A program made the translations under genes and the position numbers. A stretch of 64,000 nt of DNA from an uncultured Candidatus Saccharibacteria bacterium (lineage in GTDB: Bacteria; Patescibacteriota; Saccharimonadia; Saccharimonadales; Saccharimonadaceae). The notes beneath the pieces are model-generated. The model saw only the letters and a list, made by a program, of their open reading frames with translations. It was not told where the DNA came from and did no database searches. The stretch lies in assembly GCA_963526325.1 (NCBI GenBank), contig CAURNC010000002.1:67149-131148 (forward strand), written 5' to 3'. Below, piece after piece: positions 53,101 to 60,818 of the stretch (within the stretch, counting starts at the first letter, position 1; each line of letters starts with the position of its first letter).

Positions 53101-54193
53101 AAAAATTCGCTATCCAAAACTAGATAACGCATTTATCTACGGTGAATACATGAAGTTCAAATCTAAAGAACAGACCGACACGGATCGTAGCAGCTTTATC
53201 CTCGCGTCAATGAACTATGACTTTACTAATACAAATACAGGTGAAATTATCTGGCAGAGTAAAACCGCACACGATGTCATCGACCGAACGATGAAATACA
53301 ATGACTGCCTGATTACAAAGAAAACTGAGATTGGCGACAATCAATTCTACGACCAGACTATTTACGGTAAAAATTCTGGCGCCACCATGATCACCAGAAA
53401 AGCGAACCTACCGGTCGATAAATACGGTGGCTATTCAGGGAGAAAAGCAGCCTATTTTATGGCTATAAGATATCTTAAACAGGTGCGTAACAAGGATGTT
53501 TTTGTAAACGAGATTATCAGCGTGCCAACTCAAATTTATACACTAGAAAAGACCAAGCCAGGCTCAATCAATGAGCATCTCCACAACAACTATAAGCAAG
53601 CTACAGTTCTTCTGTCCAAAATACCAATTAATCAAAAAATTGAATATGACGGCAATGAGCAATTCATCGTTGGCAGTAAAGAAGTTACTAATGCCAAACA
53701 GCTGAAATTACCTTACGACGTTGAATACGCCGTGGCAGTCGCTCTCAAGCAGGGAATTCCGCAAATCACGATCACAGAAGAACAGGCTGCCGACGACAAT
53801 AAACTACAACGCAAGCGCAATAGACAAATAGAAAGAAGAGATAGAGTTATTAGCGGAATAGAGAGGTTCTGGGAGATTTATACTGATAAGCTCACTAATC
53901 AGTACCAGCAATTTGGGAGCGTCGTCGAAAAAGCGAAGGTCACCAATAATGAATACCGGGCAATGCCTGTAGAAGATAAGATTAAGGCTATAGGACTAGT
54001 CTTGACTGCTACACATGCTGGCTCAGGGCGTGTAGATATGAAAAAGAGCTTTCCAAAACTAGGACTACCAGATGATTTTGGGAGAATGAAAGGTAAAAAG
54101 CTAGATCCGGCTAAACTAACCTTCGTTTACGAATCTATCACCGGACTGCACCGCCGAAAATTAGACGGAAAAACATTAGAGCAGGGCCGTTAG
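50186..54193 (+). CDS. cas9: Type II-A CRISPR nuclease Cas9
   Basis: RuvC-I GLDIGTNSVGWA, Arg-rich bridge helix, RuvC-II IEMAR, HNH DHILPRS..DDSLDN, RuvC-III HHAKDAY. Confidence 0.98.
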   Translation: MMKQPYSIGLDIGTNSVGWAVINEGFDLRKYKHQNMWGAHLFDEAQKAATRRSFRSSRRRLARRKRRVTLLQQIFNDEIQKVDPHFYLRLSESMLHVGDKSSTLELDANILFADRSFTDKSYREKYPTIYHLRSDLFHNSAKQDIRLVYLALHHLIKYRGNFLIEGGVDNVISSFDSQSLQTFMEFIGADDSTAQKIKATLLDRSLSRSARKSDIINLLQPSPDNKRAVSEAVGAAIGLKWNANKLFEDDSLEVKGEFSNKNYEEQRDEIAAAIGDDRYELVETLESVYQWTIFSQFIRKDSCLSDIMIEKYDAYRQDLSDLKALFHESLPKKYKTFFHGDAAEFELYNNHKRNLDDLYKSIKKQLGEIAKDNPRYQRFEKRAELEEFLSRQRIRDNGTIPHQIHQYELEKIIDNQAQYYPFLAQNRNKIISIFTFKLPYYIGPLKTGGNFAWSVKKKDGVIYPWNFDEMIDDEASAEKFIDRMRNNCTYLPDEEVLPKNSLLYQEYEVRNELKNVTINGERLSSDVQNRIVDELFTKEPSVTYKKLIKYLYDNQIYNTDSLIISGTAKEKSFASSRKSYLDFTNKIGIEITPKTQKAIEEVIKWITLFEDKKILAKKLQKYSDIFDNNQLRAILKLNYSGWGRLSHKLLDGITAHTPYGELTVIKTMRSSKDNFMQIIQSDRYEFKKIIDNILSADQRTDIAYDDIKKLAGSPGIKRALWRSVRIVDEIVDTIGYEPKLISIEMARNEDEKVRTKSRYGQLEKMYKDLYGKEYTKSDIKSQLAKYKDKLDKKKYYLYFLQNGKCAYTGDPLDIENDLKDCEIDHILPRSLTKDDSLDNTVLVLRKENQRKLDDYPIAPDIQNHMRPIWTSLKNAKLMSQLKFQRLTSQKQLSEDRVAGFVNRQLVETRQITKHLARMLTEKYHDSSTEVFTIRAGMSSEYRRIHDLPKCREVNDLHHAKDAYLAAVLAQYVKIRYPKLDNAFIYGEYMKFKSKEQTDTDRSSFILASMNYDFTNTNTGEIIWQSKTAHDVIDRTMKYNDCLITKKTEIGDNQFYDQTIYGKNSGATMITRKANLPVDKYGGYSGRKAAYFMAIRYLKQVRNKDVFVNEIISVPTQIYTLEKTKPGSINEHLHNNYKQATVLLSKIPINQKIEYDGNEQFIVGSKEVTNAKQLKLPYDVEYAVAVALKQGIPQITITEEQAADDNKLQRKRNRQIERRDRVISGIERFWEIYTDKLTNQYQQFGSVVEKAKVTNNEYRAMPVEDKIKAIGLVLTATHAGSGRVDMKKSFPKLGLPDDFGRMKGKKLDPAKLTFVYESITGLHRRKLDGKTLEQGR

Positions 54194-54194
54194 C

Positions 54195-55073
54195 ATGTCT
54201 TGGCGAACTGTCATCGTCAAGAATCGTTGCAAGCTAAGCTACAAAAACGACTACATGCTCATCATTAGCGATGGCAACGAAAAAGCGCTCCACATCAGCG
54301 AAATCGGCACTTTAATCATTGAAAATACTGCTGTCAATATCACCGCATATCTACTTTGTGAGCTGGCTCGCTACAAGGTAAAAATAATATTTTGCGACCA
54401 CCAACGCAATCCATACAGCGAGATAATACCGTATTACGGCGCGCATAATGCCAGCAAGCAAATGCGCCGCCAAAGCCAATGGCCTCAGATTACCAAAGAT
54501 AAAATCTGGCAGAGAATCGTTGCTCAAAAAATTATCAAGCAAGCTCAGGTAGTCTATAGAGAGACCGCCAATCAAACCTCCTGCGAAATACTTATGAATT
54601 TTGCCGCATCAGTATTACCCGGAGACACTACCAATCGTGAAGCGCATGCTGCGAAACTATACTTCAAAGAGTTGTTTGGTCCGCAATTTTCACGCGACAG
54701 CTCCAGCGACATAAACGCAGCGCTTAACTATGGTTATGCAATTCTCCTTTCAGCTTTCAACAGGGAAATTACTTCAGCTGGCTATTCAACAACTATGGGT
54801 GTTAACCACTGCAATGAATACAACCCTTTTAATCTCACCTGCGACCTAATGGAGTCATGCCGTCCTATCGTTGACCGTGAAGTGTATAAGTGTCGAAGTT
54901 TCGCATTTGACGACTTCTTCAAGAGTCGCCTCATTGATATTCTCAACCACAAAGTCATTATTCTTGGTAAAGAACAGTTCCTATCAAACGCGATCAACAT
55001 CTACGTAAAGTTATTTTTTAGAGCAATGGAAGAGGGCAGCGACAAAAATCTGCCCGAATACGAACTAATATAA
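54195..55073 (+). CDS. cas1: Cas1 (type II)
   Basis: MSWRTV, GDTTNREAHAA, NAALNYGYAIL, FNLTCDLME. Confidence 0.97.
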   Translation: MSWRTVIVKNRCKLSYKNDYMLIISDGNEKALHISEIGTLIIENTAVNITAYLLCELARYKVKIIFCDHQRNPYSEIIPYYGAHNASKQMRRQSQWPQITKDKIWQRIVAQKIIKQAQVVYRETANQTSCEILMNFAASVLPGDTTNREAHAAKLYFKELFGPQFSRDSSSDINAALNYGYAILLSAFNREITSAGYSTTMGVNHCNEYNPFNLTCDLMESCRPIVDREVYKCRSFAFDDFFKSRLIDILNHKVIILGKEQFLSNAINIYVKLFFRAMEEGSDKNLPEYELI

Positions 55074-55075
55074 GT

Positions 55076-55396
55076 ATGAAGGTAAGGTATATGAGAATGA
55101 TATTATTTTTTGACTTACCAATGGTAAGTGCTCGCGAACGCAAAATATATGCCACATTCCGCAAGCAACTCACCCAAGAAGGGTTTGTCATGATGCAACA
55201 ATCAGTCTATAGTAAACTAGTCCTTAATTCCACGAACGAAAAATTAACCCACGACAGACTCAAAAAAATTATACCCGACAATGGTATCATCCAACTATTA
55301 ACGATAACTGAGCGGCAATTCGCCTCAATGGAATACTTAGCAGGGGAGTATGAGGAATTATCAATTCAAACTACCGATAGGACAGTTGTTTTATGA
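55076..55396 (+). CDS. cas2: Cas2
   Basis: MRMILFFDLP, GFVMMQQSVY, ITERQF. Confidence 0.97.
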   Translation: MKVRYMRMILFFDLPMVSARERKIYATFRKQLTQEGFVMMQQSVYSKLVLNSTNEKLTHDRLKKIIPDNGIIQLLTITERQFASMEYLAGEYEELSIQTTDRTVVL

Positions 55397-56082
55397 AAAT
55401 CAACATTTCAGGATTCGATAATACGCTATCAATATCAGATGACGGTGGCATCGCGACCTTGGCTGTTCGTAATGACTTATTTTTCAGAAGCATTGTTGAA
55501 GATATACTTGATACATACACTAAAAGGGAAGAGAATAACCGCACTGTTGTTTACGACAGTGATCACACTCCACTGAATTTCACAAAAGACACTCTGGTTA
55601 TCACGGATATATATTCCTACGATCTAGCCAATCGAACTATCACAGCAGCCCTGTATAAAAACATCCATGACAATAGCGACATCGACATGGCCAAACTAGC
55701 ACAAATAGAAGCAGACATTTTGGATGTTCTTAGCACTATAAATACCAATTCCTCACAAAGTATAAACTATCAAACAGAGATATCTATCAATGACATTATG
55801 AAGATGACGCATGTAGAGCTGGAGGCGAATACAGGAAATAACTACATTGACAAGCTTTATGGTATTATAGATTCAGCTCAGCAATTATTATCAAAACGTT
55901 TAGTGATTTTGATAAACCAGCGCCAATTATTGTCGCATTGCGAGCTGCAGGCTCTTTTACAATATGTACAAAACAATCATTTTTCAGTACTTTTTATTGA
56001 GAAAAACTGTAAAGATAAGTTGAACGAGGAGAATATTCTCGTTATTGATGACGATTTGTATGATTTTAGTACCAATTCATAA
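55393..56082 (+). CDS. csn2: Csn2
   Basis: Position after cas2, 229 aa, LVILIN, VLFIE, VIDDDL C-terminus. Confidence 0.88.
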   Translation: MKINISGFDNTLSISDDGGIATLAVRNDLFFRSIVEDILDTYTKREENNRTVVYDSDHTPLNFTKDTLVITDIYSYDLANRTITAALYKNIHDNSDIDMAKLAQIEADILDVLSTINTNSSQSINYQTEISINDIMKMTHVELEANTGNNYIDKLYGIIDSAQQLLSKRLVILINQRQLLSHCELQALLQYVQNNHFSVLFIEKNCKDKLNEENILVIDDDLYDFSTNS

Positions 56083-56135
56083 TAACAACAGGGTAAGCGC
56101 TATCACGTTCACCCCTGTAAAACTTCACACTTGAG

Positions 56136-57411
56136 GTTTTACAGTAGTGTTATATTGAATGGTACTGAAACGCACCTATGGCTATTCAGTTTCGTTGTTG
56201 CGTTTTACAGTAGTGTTATATTGAATGGTACTGAAACTGGCGTACGCTATCGCCTGATGAGGTCAAAGTTTTACAGTAGTGTTATATTGAATGGTACTGA
56301 AACAAGAACGCAGAGCGACCGTTCAGCCACAACGTTTTACAGTAGTGTTATATTGAATGGTACTGAAACTTACGAACAGCAAGGAACGCAACTGGCTCAG
56401 TTTTACAGTAGTGTTATATTGAATGGTACTGAAACAAGGATATTACTCTTTGATTGTAGCATGCCGTTTTACAGTAGTGTTATATTGAATGGTACTGAAA
56501 CTGGAGCAGCAGCCGCAGCAGTAGCAATTGGGTTTTACAGTAGTGTTATATTGAATGGTACTGAAACGCTACTTTTTCGTCCAGCTCGCGGCAGGTCGTT
56601 TTACAGTAGTGTTATATTGAATGGTACTGAAACCCACCACAGCAAGCGTCAAGTATGGTTGTTGTTTTACAGTAGTGTTATATTGAATGGTACTGAAACC
56701 AGAAAGAAACGTAACGTCTTGAGTGGCTCGTTTTACAGTAGTGTTATATTGAATGGTACTGAAACGCGCCAGCTGAGCGAACCGTGACGGTTCAAGTTTT
56801 ACAGTAGTGTTATATTGAATGGTACTGAAACTCAGCAAGAGCATGCTGCCGGCGGTGAGCGGTTTTACAGTAGTGTTATATTGAATGGTACTGAAACATT
56901 GCTTAAAGATTTGCCGACGTTCAAAGCGTTTTACAGTAGTGTTATATTGAATGGTACTGAAACCAAGATCATGAAAGCAGTTACCGATGACAAGTTTTAC
57001 AGTAGTGTTATATTGAATGGTACTGAAACTTAATAACGTTGTAGCTTTCTTGCAGCAGTGTTTTACAGTAGTGTTATATTGAATGGTACTGAAACGTTGA
57101 GATATGCCTTGACAACGCGATACTTGTTTTACAGTAGTGTTATATTGAATGGTACTGAAACTGACAGTCTATCTACTACACCGAATAATAAGTTTTACAG
57201 TAGTGTTATATTGAATGGTACTGAAACCAAACCAAGCAAGAGGTCACCAAATGCAGCGTTTTACAGTAGTGTTATATTGAATGGTACTGAAACAGTCGAG
57301 GCGTAGCCATGAACGAGAACAGTGTTTTACAGTAGTGTTATATTGAATGGTACTGAAACTCAAAACTGCTAACGGCGAAAAGCACCGGCGTTTTACAGTA
57401 GTGTTATATTG
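56136..57411 (+). CRISPR. CRISPR array: 19 full 36-nt repeats, one truncated terminal repeat, 19 spacers of 30 nt
   Basis: Repeat GTTTTACAGTAGTGTTATATTGAATGGTACTGAAAC with exact 66-nt period from 56136 to 57390; leader ends TTGAG. Confidence 0.99.
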
Positions 57412-57675
57412 CTAAAGCCATTTAAAGTAGGCAACACACTGAACGTGGTTACCTACTTTAACGATTCGTCATCTGGCCGCACCAATCCTGCATATAATAT
57501 GTCGAGGCTTGATGATACGTCCGAGACGGGGCAATTACAGTCCACGAATCCTAATGATAGTATAGCAAACAACAGACGACCAAGGATATATATCAAGCTG
57601 TCAACGCTCAAATTATCGAAACTGACCTAGAAATCTTAACAGAGAGCAGAGTGCCTTAAATATACTACCTCCAGC

Positions 57676-58131
57676 TCAGGCTCTAAGCGCACGTACAGCC
57701 ACTGCCACCACATCAGCAAGCTCACTATATATTGGAAAATCAGGGTCATAACAGCGCACCTGTGTAATGATATCAAATCGTCTCGAATACTCTGGATGTA
57801 CGCCAATCACCACACGCGATCTGCTCTCAAGTTCCTTACCCAACTCAAACAGCGCGATAGGGCAGAGGGACTCCTTTGGAAACCAAAACAACACCACTCG
57901 CGCCCGCCTGAGGTATTCATACTCCCACTCTATCTGGTGCGTCGCCCCTTTGCCTTGAAAAGCCAGCGCTCTCTTACGACGTGGATTGGCCACTGCTATA
58001 TCTTGATTACCCAATAGGGCTAGCGCCTCCGCCTGCCAGTCTGGACAATTGGTAATACCTCCCGCCAAAAACAAATCTACCGACGGTACTACCTCGTGCA
58101 AACCCCTATTGTCAGGTGAAATAACTCTCAT
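57676..58131 (-). CDS. Nucleoside 2-deoxyribosyltransferase-like protein
   Basis: FLAGGITNCPDWQ, ANPRR, QIEWE, FWFP...PIALFELG. Confidence 0.8.
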   Translation of the reverse strand: MRVISPDNRGLHEVVPSVDLFLAGGITNCPDWQAEALALLGNQDIAVANPRRKRALAFQGKGATHQIEWEYEYLRRARVVLFWFPKESLCPIALFELGKELESRSRVVIGVHPEYSRRFDIITQVRCYDPDFPIYSELADVVAVAVRALRA

Positions 58132-58503
58132 ATCCCTATGATAATATCATCCAGCAAAAACAGCAACCGTATCTAAGGCGGCAGAGAAGTGATCCCTGCC
58201 CAGCTGACACGGCACCAACCTCGCCTTCCGTCAAACCCCACATGCGTTGGTCACTAAAGAATTATAGAACAAAAAGGGAACTTAAAATATTAGCATATAC
58301 CATACGCCAGCACATAGCCATAACATCCTGACATATTGCTATGGTTCGGTAAACAAGGAGCCTCAAGGCTCAAGATCCAGAAGCTAGAAATTCACGATAT
58401 AGACAAAATGATCGACAGACATACAGCAAAGGGCAAGCTAAGTAATTTTTAACCGACCAAACAGCACAGGCAACTAAAATCCAATTGTAACATATCAAAA
58501 TCA

Positions 58504-58556
58504 ATGAGTGTGTATTCATAAAAGAGAAATATTCTTAATGTCGCACAATGTATGTT
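58504..58556 (+). repeat. Left direct repeat with dif-like core
   Basis: 47/53 identical to 63537-63589; perfect TAATGTCGCACAATGTATGTT. Confidence 0.85.
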
Positions 58557-58667
58557 ACTAAAAAGCAAATTTATGTGATACGACAAGAGGTGAACTATTA
58601 GAAAAATCAAATTGTAAAATTTACATCTACTGTTATAATATAAGCAGTTATTAATAAAAGGGGACAT

Positions 58668-58859
58668 ATGAACAACATCGAAAACTTATGGGAAATAGTG
58701 CCATTCGCAATAATATCAATAGCGGTTTTCACTTTTATAATGATGATCGCATTGATATCAAACACAACTAATACAGAAAAAACTATTAAAGAATTACGCG
58801 ACATGATAGAAGATGAAATAGATAAAAGAACTAATCAAACTTTGGAATCTGATAGATAA
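58668..58859 (+). CDS. Small phage membrane protein on the opposite strand
   Basis: SD AAAGGGG, TGTTATAAT promoter, one TM plus coiled coil. Confidence 0.6.
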   Translation: MNNIENLWEIVPFAIISIAVFTFIMMIALISNTTNTEKTIKELRDMIEDEIDKRTNQTLESDR

Positions 58860-59568
58860 CAGAATATTGATTTTCAAACGTTTGATTTTTAATAATCATT
58901 TTATCAACCAAGTTCAAATCTGAAAGAGCATTATGATAAATAATAGGTTTTTCTAAATTACGAGATGACCAATAACGTTTTCTATTTGATACTAAAGGCA
59001 TATCTTTTGTTACATACTTTGTTAAATAACCATAAATATCTTTACCATCATCAATCTTCTGAGCATTCGTAAAACCATACCTGAAACTAGGCAAATTATA
59101 AACTCGCTTACTATTCATAATCACATTTGTAGGTTTAATTGGCTTTGGATAACCAGAAATAAGAGCATGAAAATGTATAGCACCATCTTTGTGAAACTCA
59201 GGAACTACAATGTACTTAAATGGATCATCAGCTTGCTGAGAAGCTAAACGAACACGAGAAAGCCAAGATTGCATTTTTGCAGCACAATGACTAAAACTAT
59301 AACGATCAACTTTTTTAGGATTAAATGTAAAGGTAACAAATAACTGAAAATCATTATTTAAAGTATAGTCACGAATAACTGACTTTGTACGACGAACAGA
59401 ACGCTGAATAGAATCTTCATCCTCTTTAAGTTTTCGTTTTAAATTTGATACGGATACTTTATCTACACCAGAAATTATATGAAGAGGGGAACGATAATTA
59501 ATAACTTTAAACATGTCTTTATACTCCTTTGTAATATCATGTATGTACTTATGCTCTGTAGTTTTCAT
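58831..59568 (-). CDS. Rolling-circle replication initiator (HUH endonuclease)
   Basis: Motif I FVTFTF, motif II AIHFHAL, motif III GYLTKYVTK; SD AGAGGGG before ATG 59568. Confidence 0.9.
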   Translation of the reverse strand: MKTTEHKYIHDITKEYKDMFKVINYRSPLHIISGVDKVSVSNLKRKLKEDEDSIQRSVRRTKSVIRDYTLNNDFQLFVTFTFNPKKVDRYSFSHCAAKMQSWLSRVRLASQQADDPFKYIVVPEFHKDGAIHFHALISGYPKPIKPTNVIMNSKRVYNLPSFRYGFTNAQKIDDGKDIYGYLTKYVTKDMPLVSNRKRYWSSRNLEKPIIYHNALSDLNLVDKMIIKNQTFENQYSVIYQIPKFD

Positions 59569-59597
59569 ATACCCCTCTATCTGTAAAAGATATGTTA

Positions 59598-59680
59598 AGT
59601 GTCCTTGTATCAAGTAGGCCCTTCGGGCCCCGCAAGGCCACAAACAGCACTACCGCCGAATTTGCCGACAGGCAAATTCG
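59598..59680 (-). other. Putative double-strand origin and neighbouring hairpins
   Basis: Minus-strand TACTTGATAC next to GGCCC-GAA-GGGCC; perfect 10-bp hairpin CGAATTTGCC/GGCAAATTCG. Confidence 0.6.
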
Positions 59681-59691
59681 CGATCTGAGTG

Positions 59692-60546
59692 TTAATTATG
59701 CTTTAAGCGAAATACTCCTTTCCTTTTATGGGATACTTTGACTTTTTTAATCGAAACAGTTGGTTGCGATGAGCGATAAACACCATCGGCCTGATCACCA
59801 GTAAACACAACCTGAAATGTATCGAACGAATCTCGAAGCTTTTTAGTATGAAAGAAAAAACCCATCTTCAACGGATTAGCACCCATCTGACGGCCATTGT
59901 CTGCAAAGTCAAGCTTTTTGGAATTATAAGCCCAGTAAACAGTAAAAATAGGTCCTGAACTAAAAGGTAAAGCAAACGTACGACATTTAAAGGCAAGATC
60001 TGAACGACGACGAATCGGCTTGGCAATCTGATCATAATCTTGAGAAGTAACAAGGTGTACGCGTCGCTGCTTGCGATTCTGCGCAGCTTGCTCGATTACC
60101 CACGGTGGAACATTACGGCTATCTTGATTAGAGAAATAATTTTGATATTCATCAGTTATTAAAATAACACCAAATTTACCATTACGAATATGTTTATTTA
60201 CCATAGCATATTCTTCTTTAGAACTATAGTATATATACTCATTTATAGTATCTATTTCTGACGCTAAAATCTGTAAAAACCTCTGGGAATCACCATCAAA
60301 ACGAAGTTGAACACGATCTTTAAGAATAATATTAGATACAACAATAGCTTTTGGATACCTCCTAGCAATCTTATGAAACATATGCATTAAAGTAATAGTT
60401 TTACCTGAACCTTGCTCACCATAAAACACTTGAACACCATTCGGGCGAAAATAATCAGGATCTCTAAGCTGAGCTCTATTCTCTTTAACAGCCTTTGGAT
60501 CAAAATTAAAATTTTTAGTAACAAATGAAATCATATTAGGCATCAA
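59692..60546 (-). CDS. Zot/pI-like assembly ATPase
   Basis: Walker A GEQGSGKT, Walker B ILITDEYQ, QNRK...TSQ...IAKPIR; context. Confidence 0.88.
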   Translation of the reverse strand: MMPNMISFVTKNFNFDPKAVKENRAQLRDPDYFRPNGVQVFYGEQGSGKTITLMHMFHKIARRYPKAIVVSNIILKDRVQLRFDGDSQRFLQILASEIDTINEYIYYSSKEEYAMVNKHIRNGKFGVILITDEYQNYFSNQDSRNVPPWVIEQAAQNRKQRRVHLVTSQDYDQIAKPIRRRSDLAFKCRTFALPFSSGPIFTVYWAYNSKKLDFADNGRQMGANPLKMGFFFHTKKLRDSFDTFQVVFTGDQADGVYRSSQPTVSIKKVKVSHKRKGVFRLKHN

Positions 60547-60818
60547 TTACCTCCTCCTGATCCTCTAATTTTATTGTAAAGCCACATACCTGGACGTAAT
60601 AACACAAAAAGTGAAAAGGCAGTAGCAACCATAGTAATCATTGCAGAAAAGAACTGTTCACCAACATAAATACGAACAATGGCAACTGGAGTAGCAAGAA
60701 AAGGAATAGCTTTAGACATAGCATCAACAAATACAACTGGTGCAGCAGGTATAGAAAATAGACCTAAAAGAAAATTAAGAATACCAAAAAATAGGCTTAA
60801 AATAAACTCAATAATCAT
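60543..60818 (-). CDS. pVI-like minor coat protein
   Basis: 91 aa hydrophobic protein between pIII-like and pI-like genes; overlapping stops and starts. Confidence 0.75.
   Translation of the reverse strand: MIIEFILSLFFGILNFLLGLFSIPAAPVVFVDAMSKAIPFLATPVAIVRIYVGEQFFSAMITMVATAFSLFVLLRPGMWLYNKIRGSGGGN

Noticed and set aside
56131..57306. Repetitive ORFs (FYSSVILNGTET)n
   Set aside because: Artefact of the 66-nt CRISPR period being a multiple of 3
56172..57389. Spacers targeting the neighbouring prophage or the window itself
   Set aside because: By eye only a ~10-nt match (TTGTAGCTTT, spacer 14 vs ~63152) was found, which is not significant; a BLASTN-short search is needed to exclude a match properly
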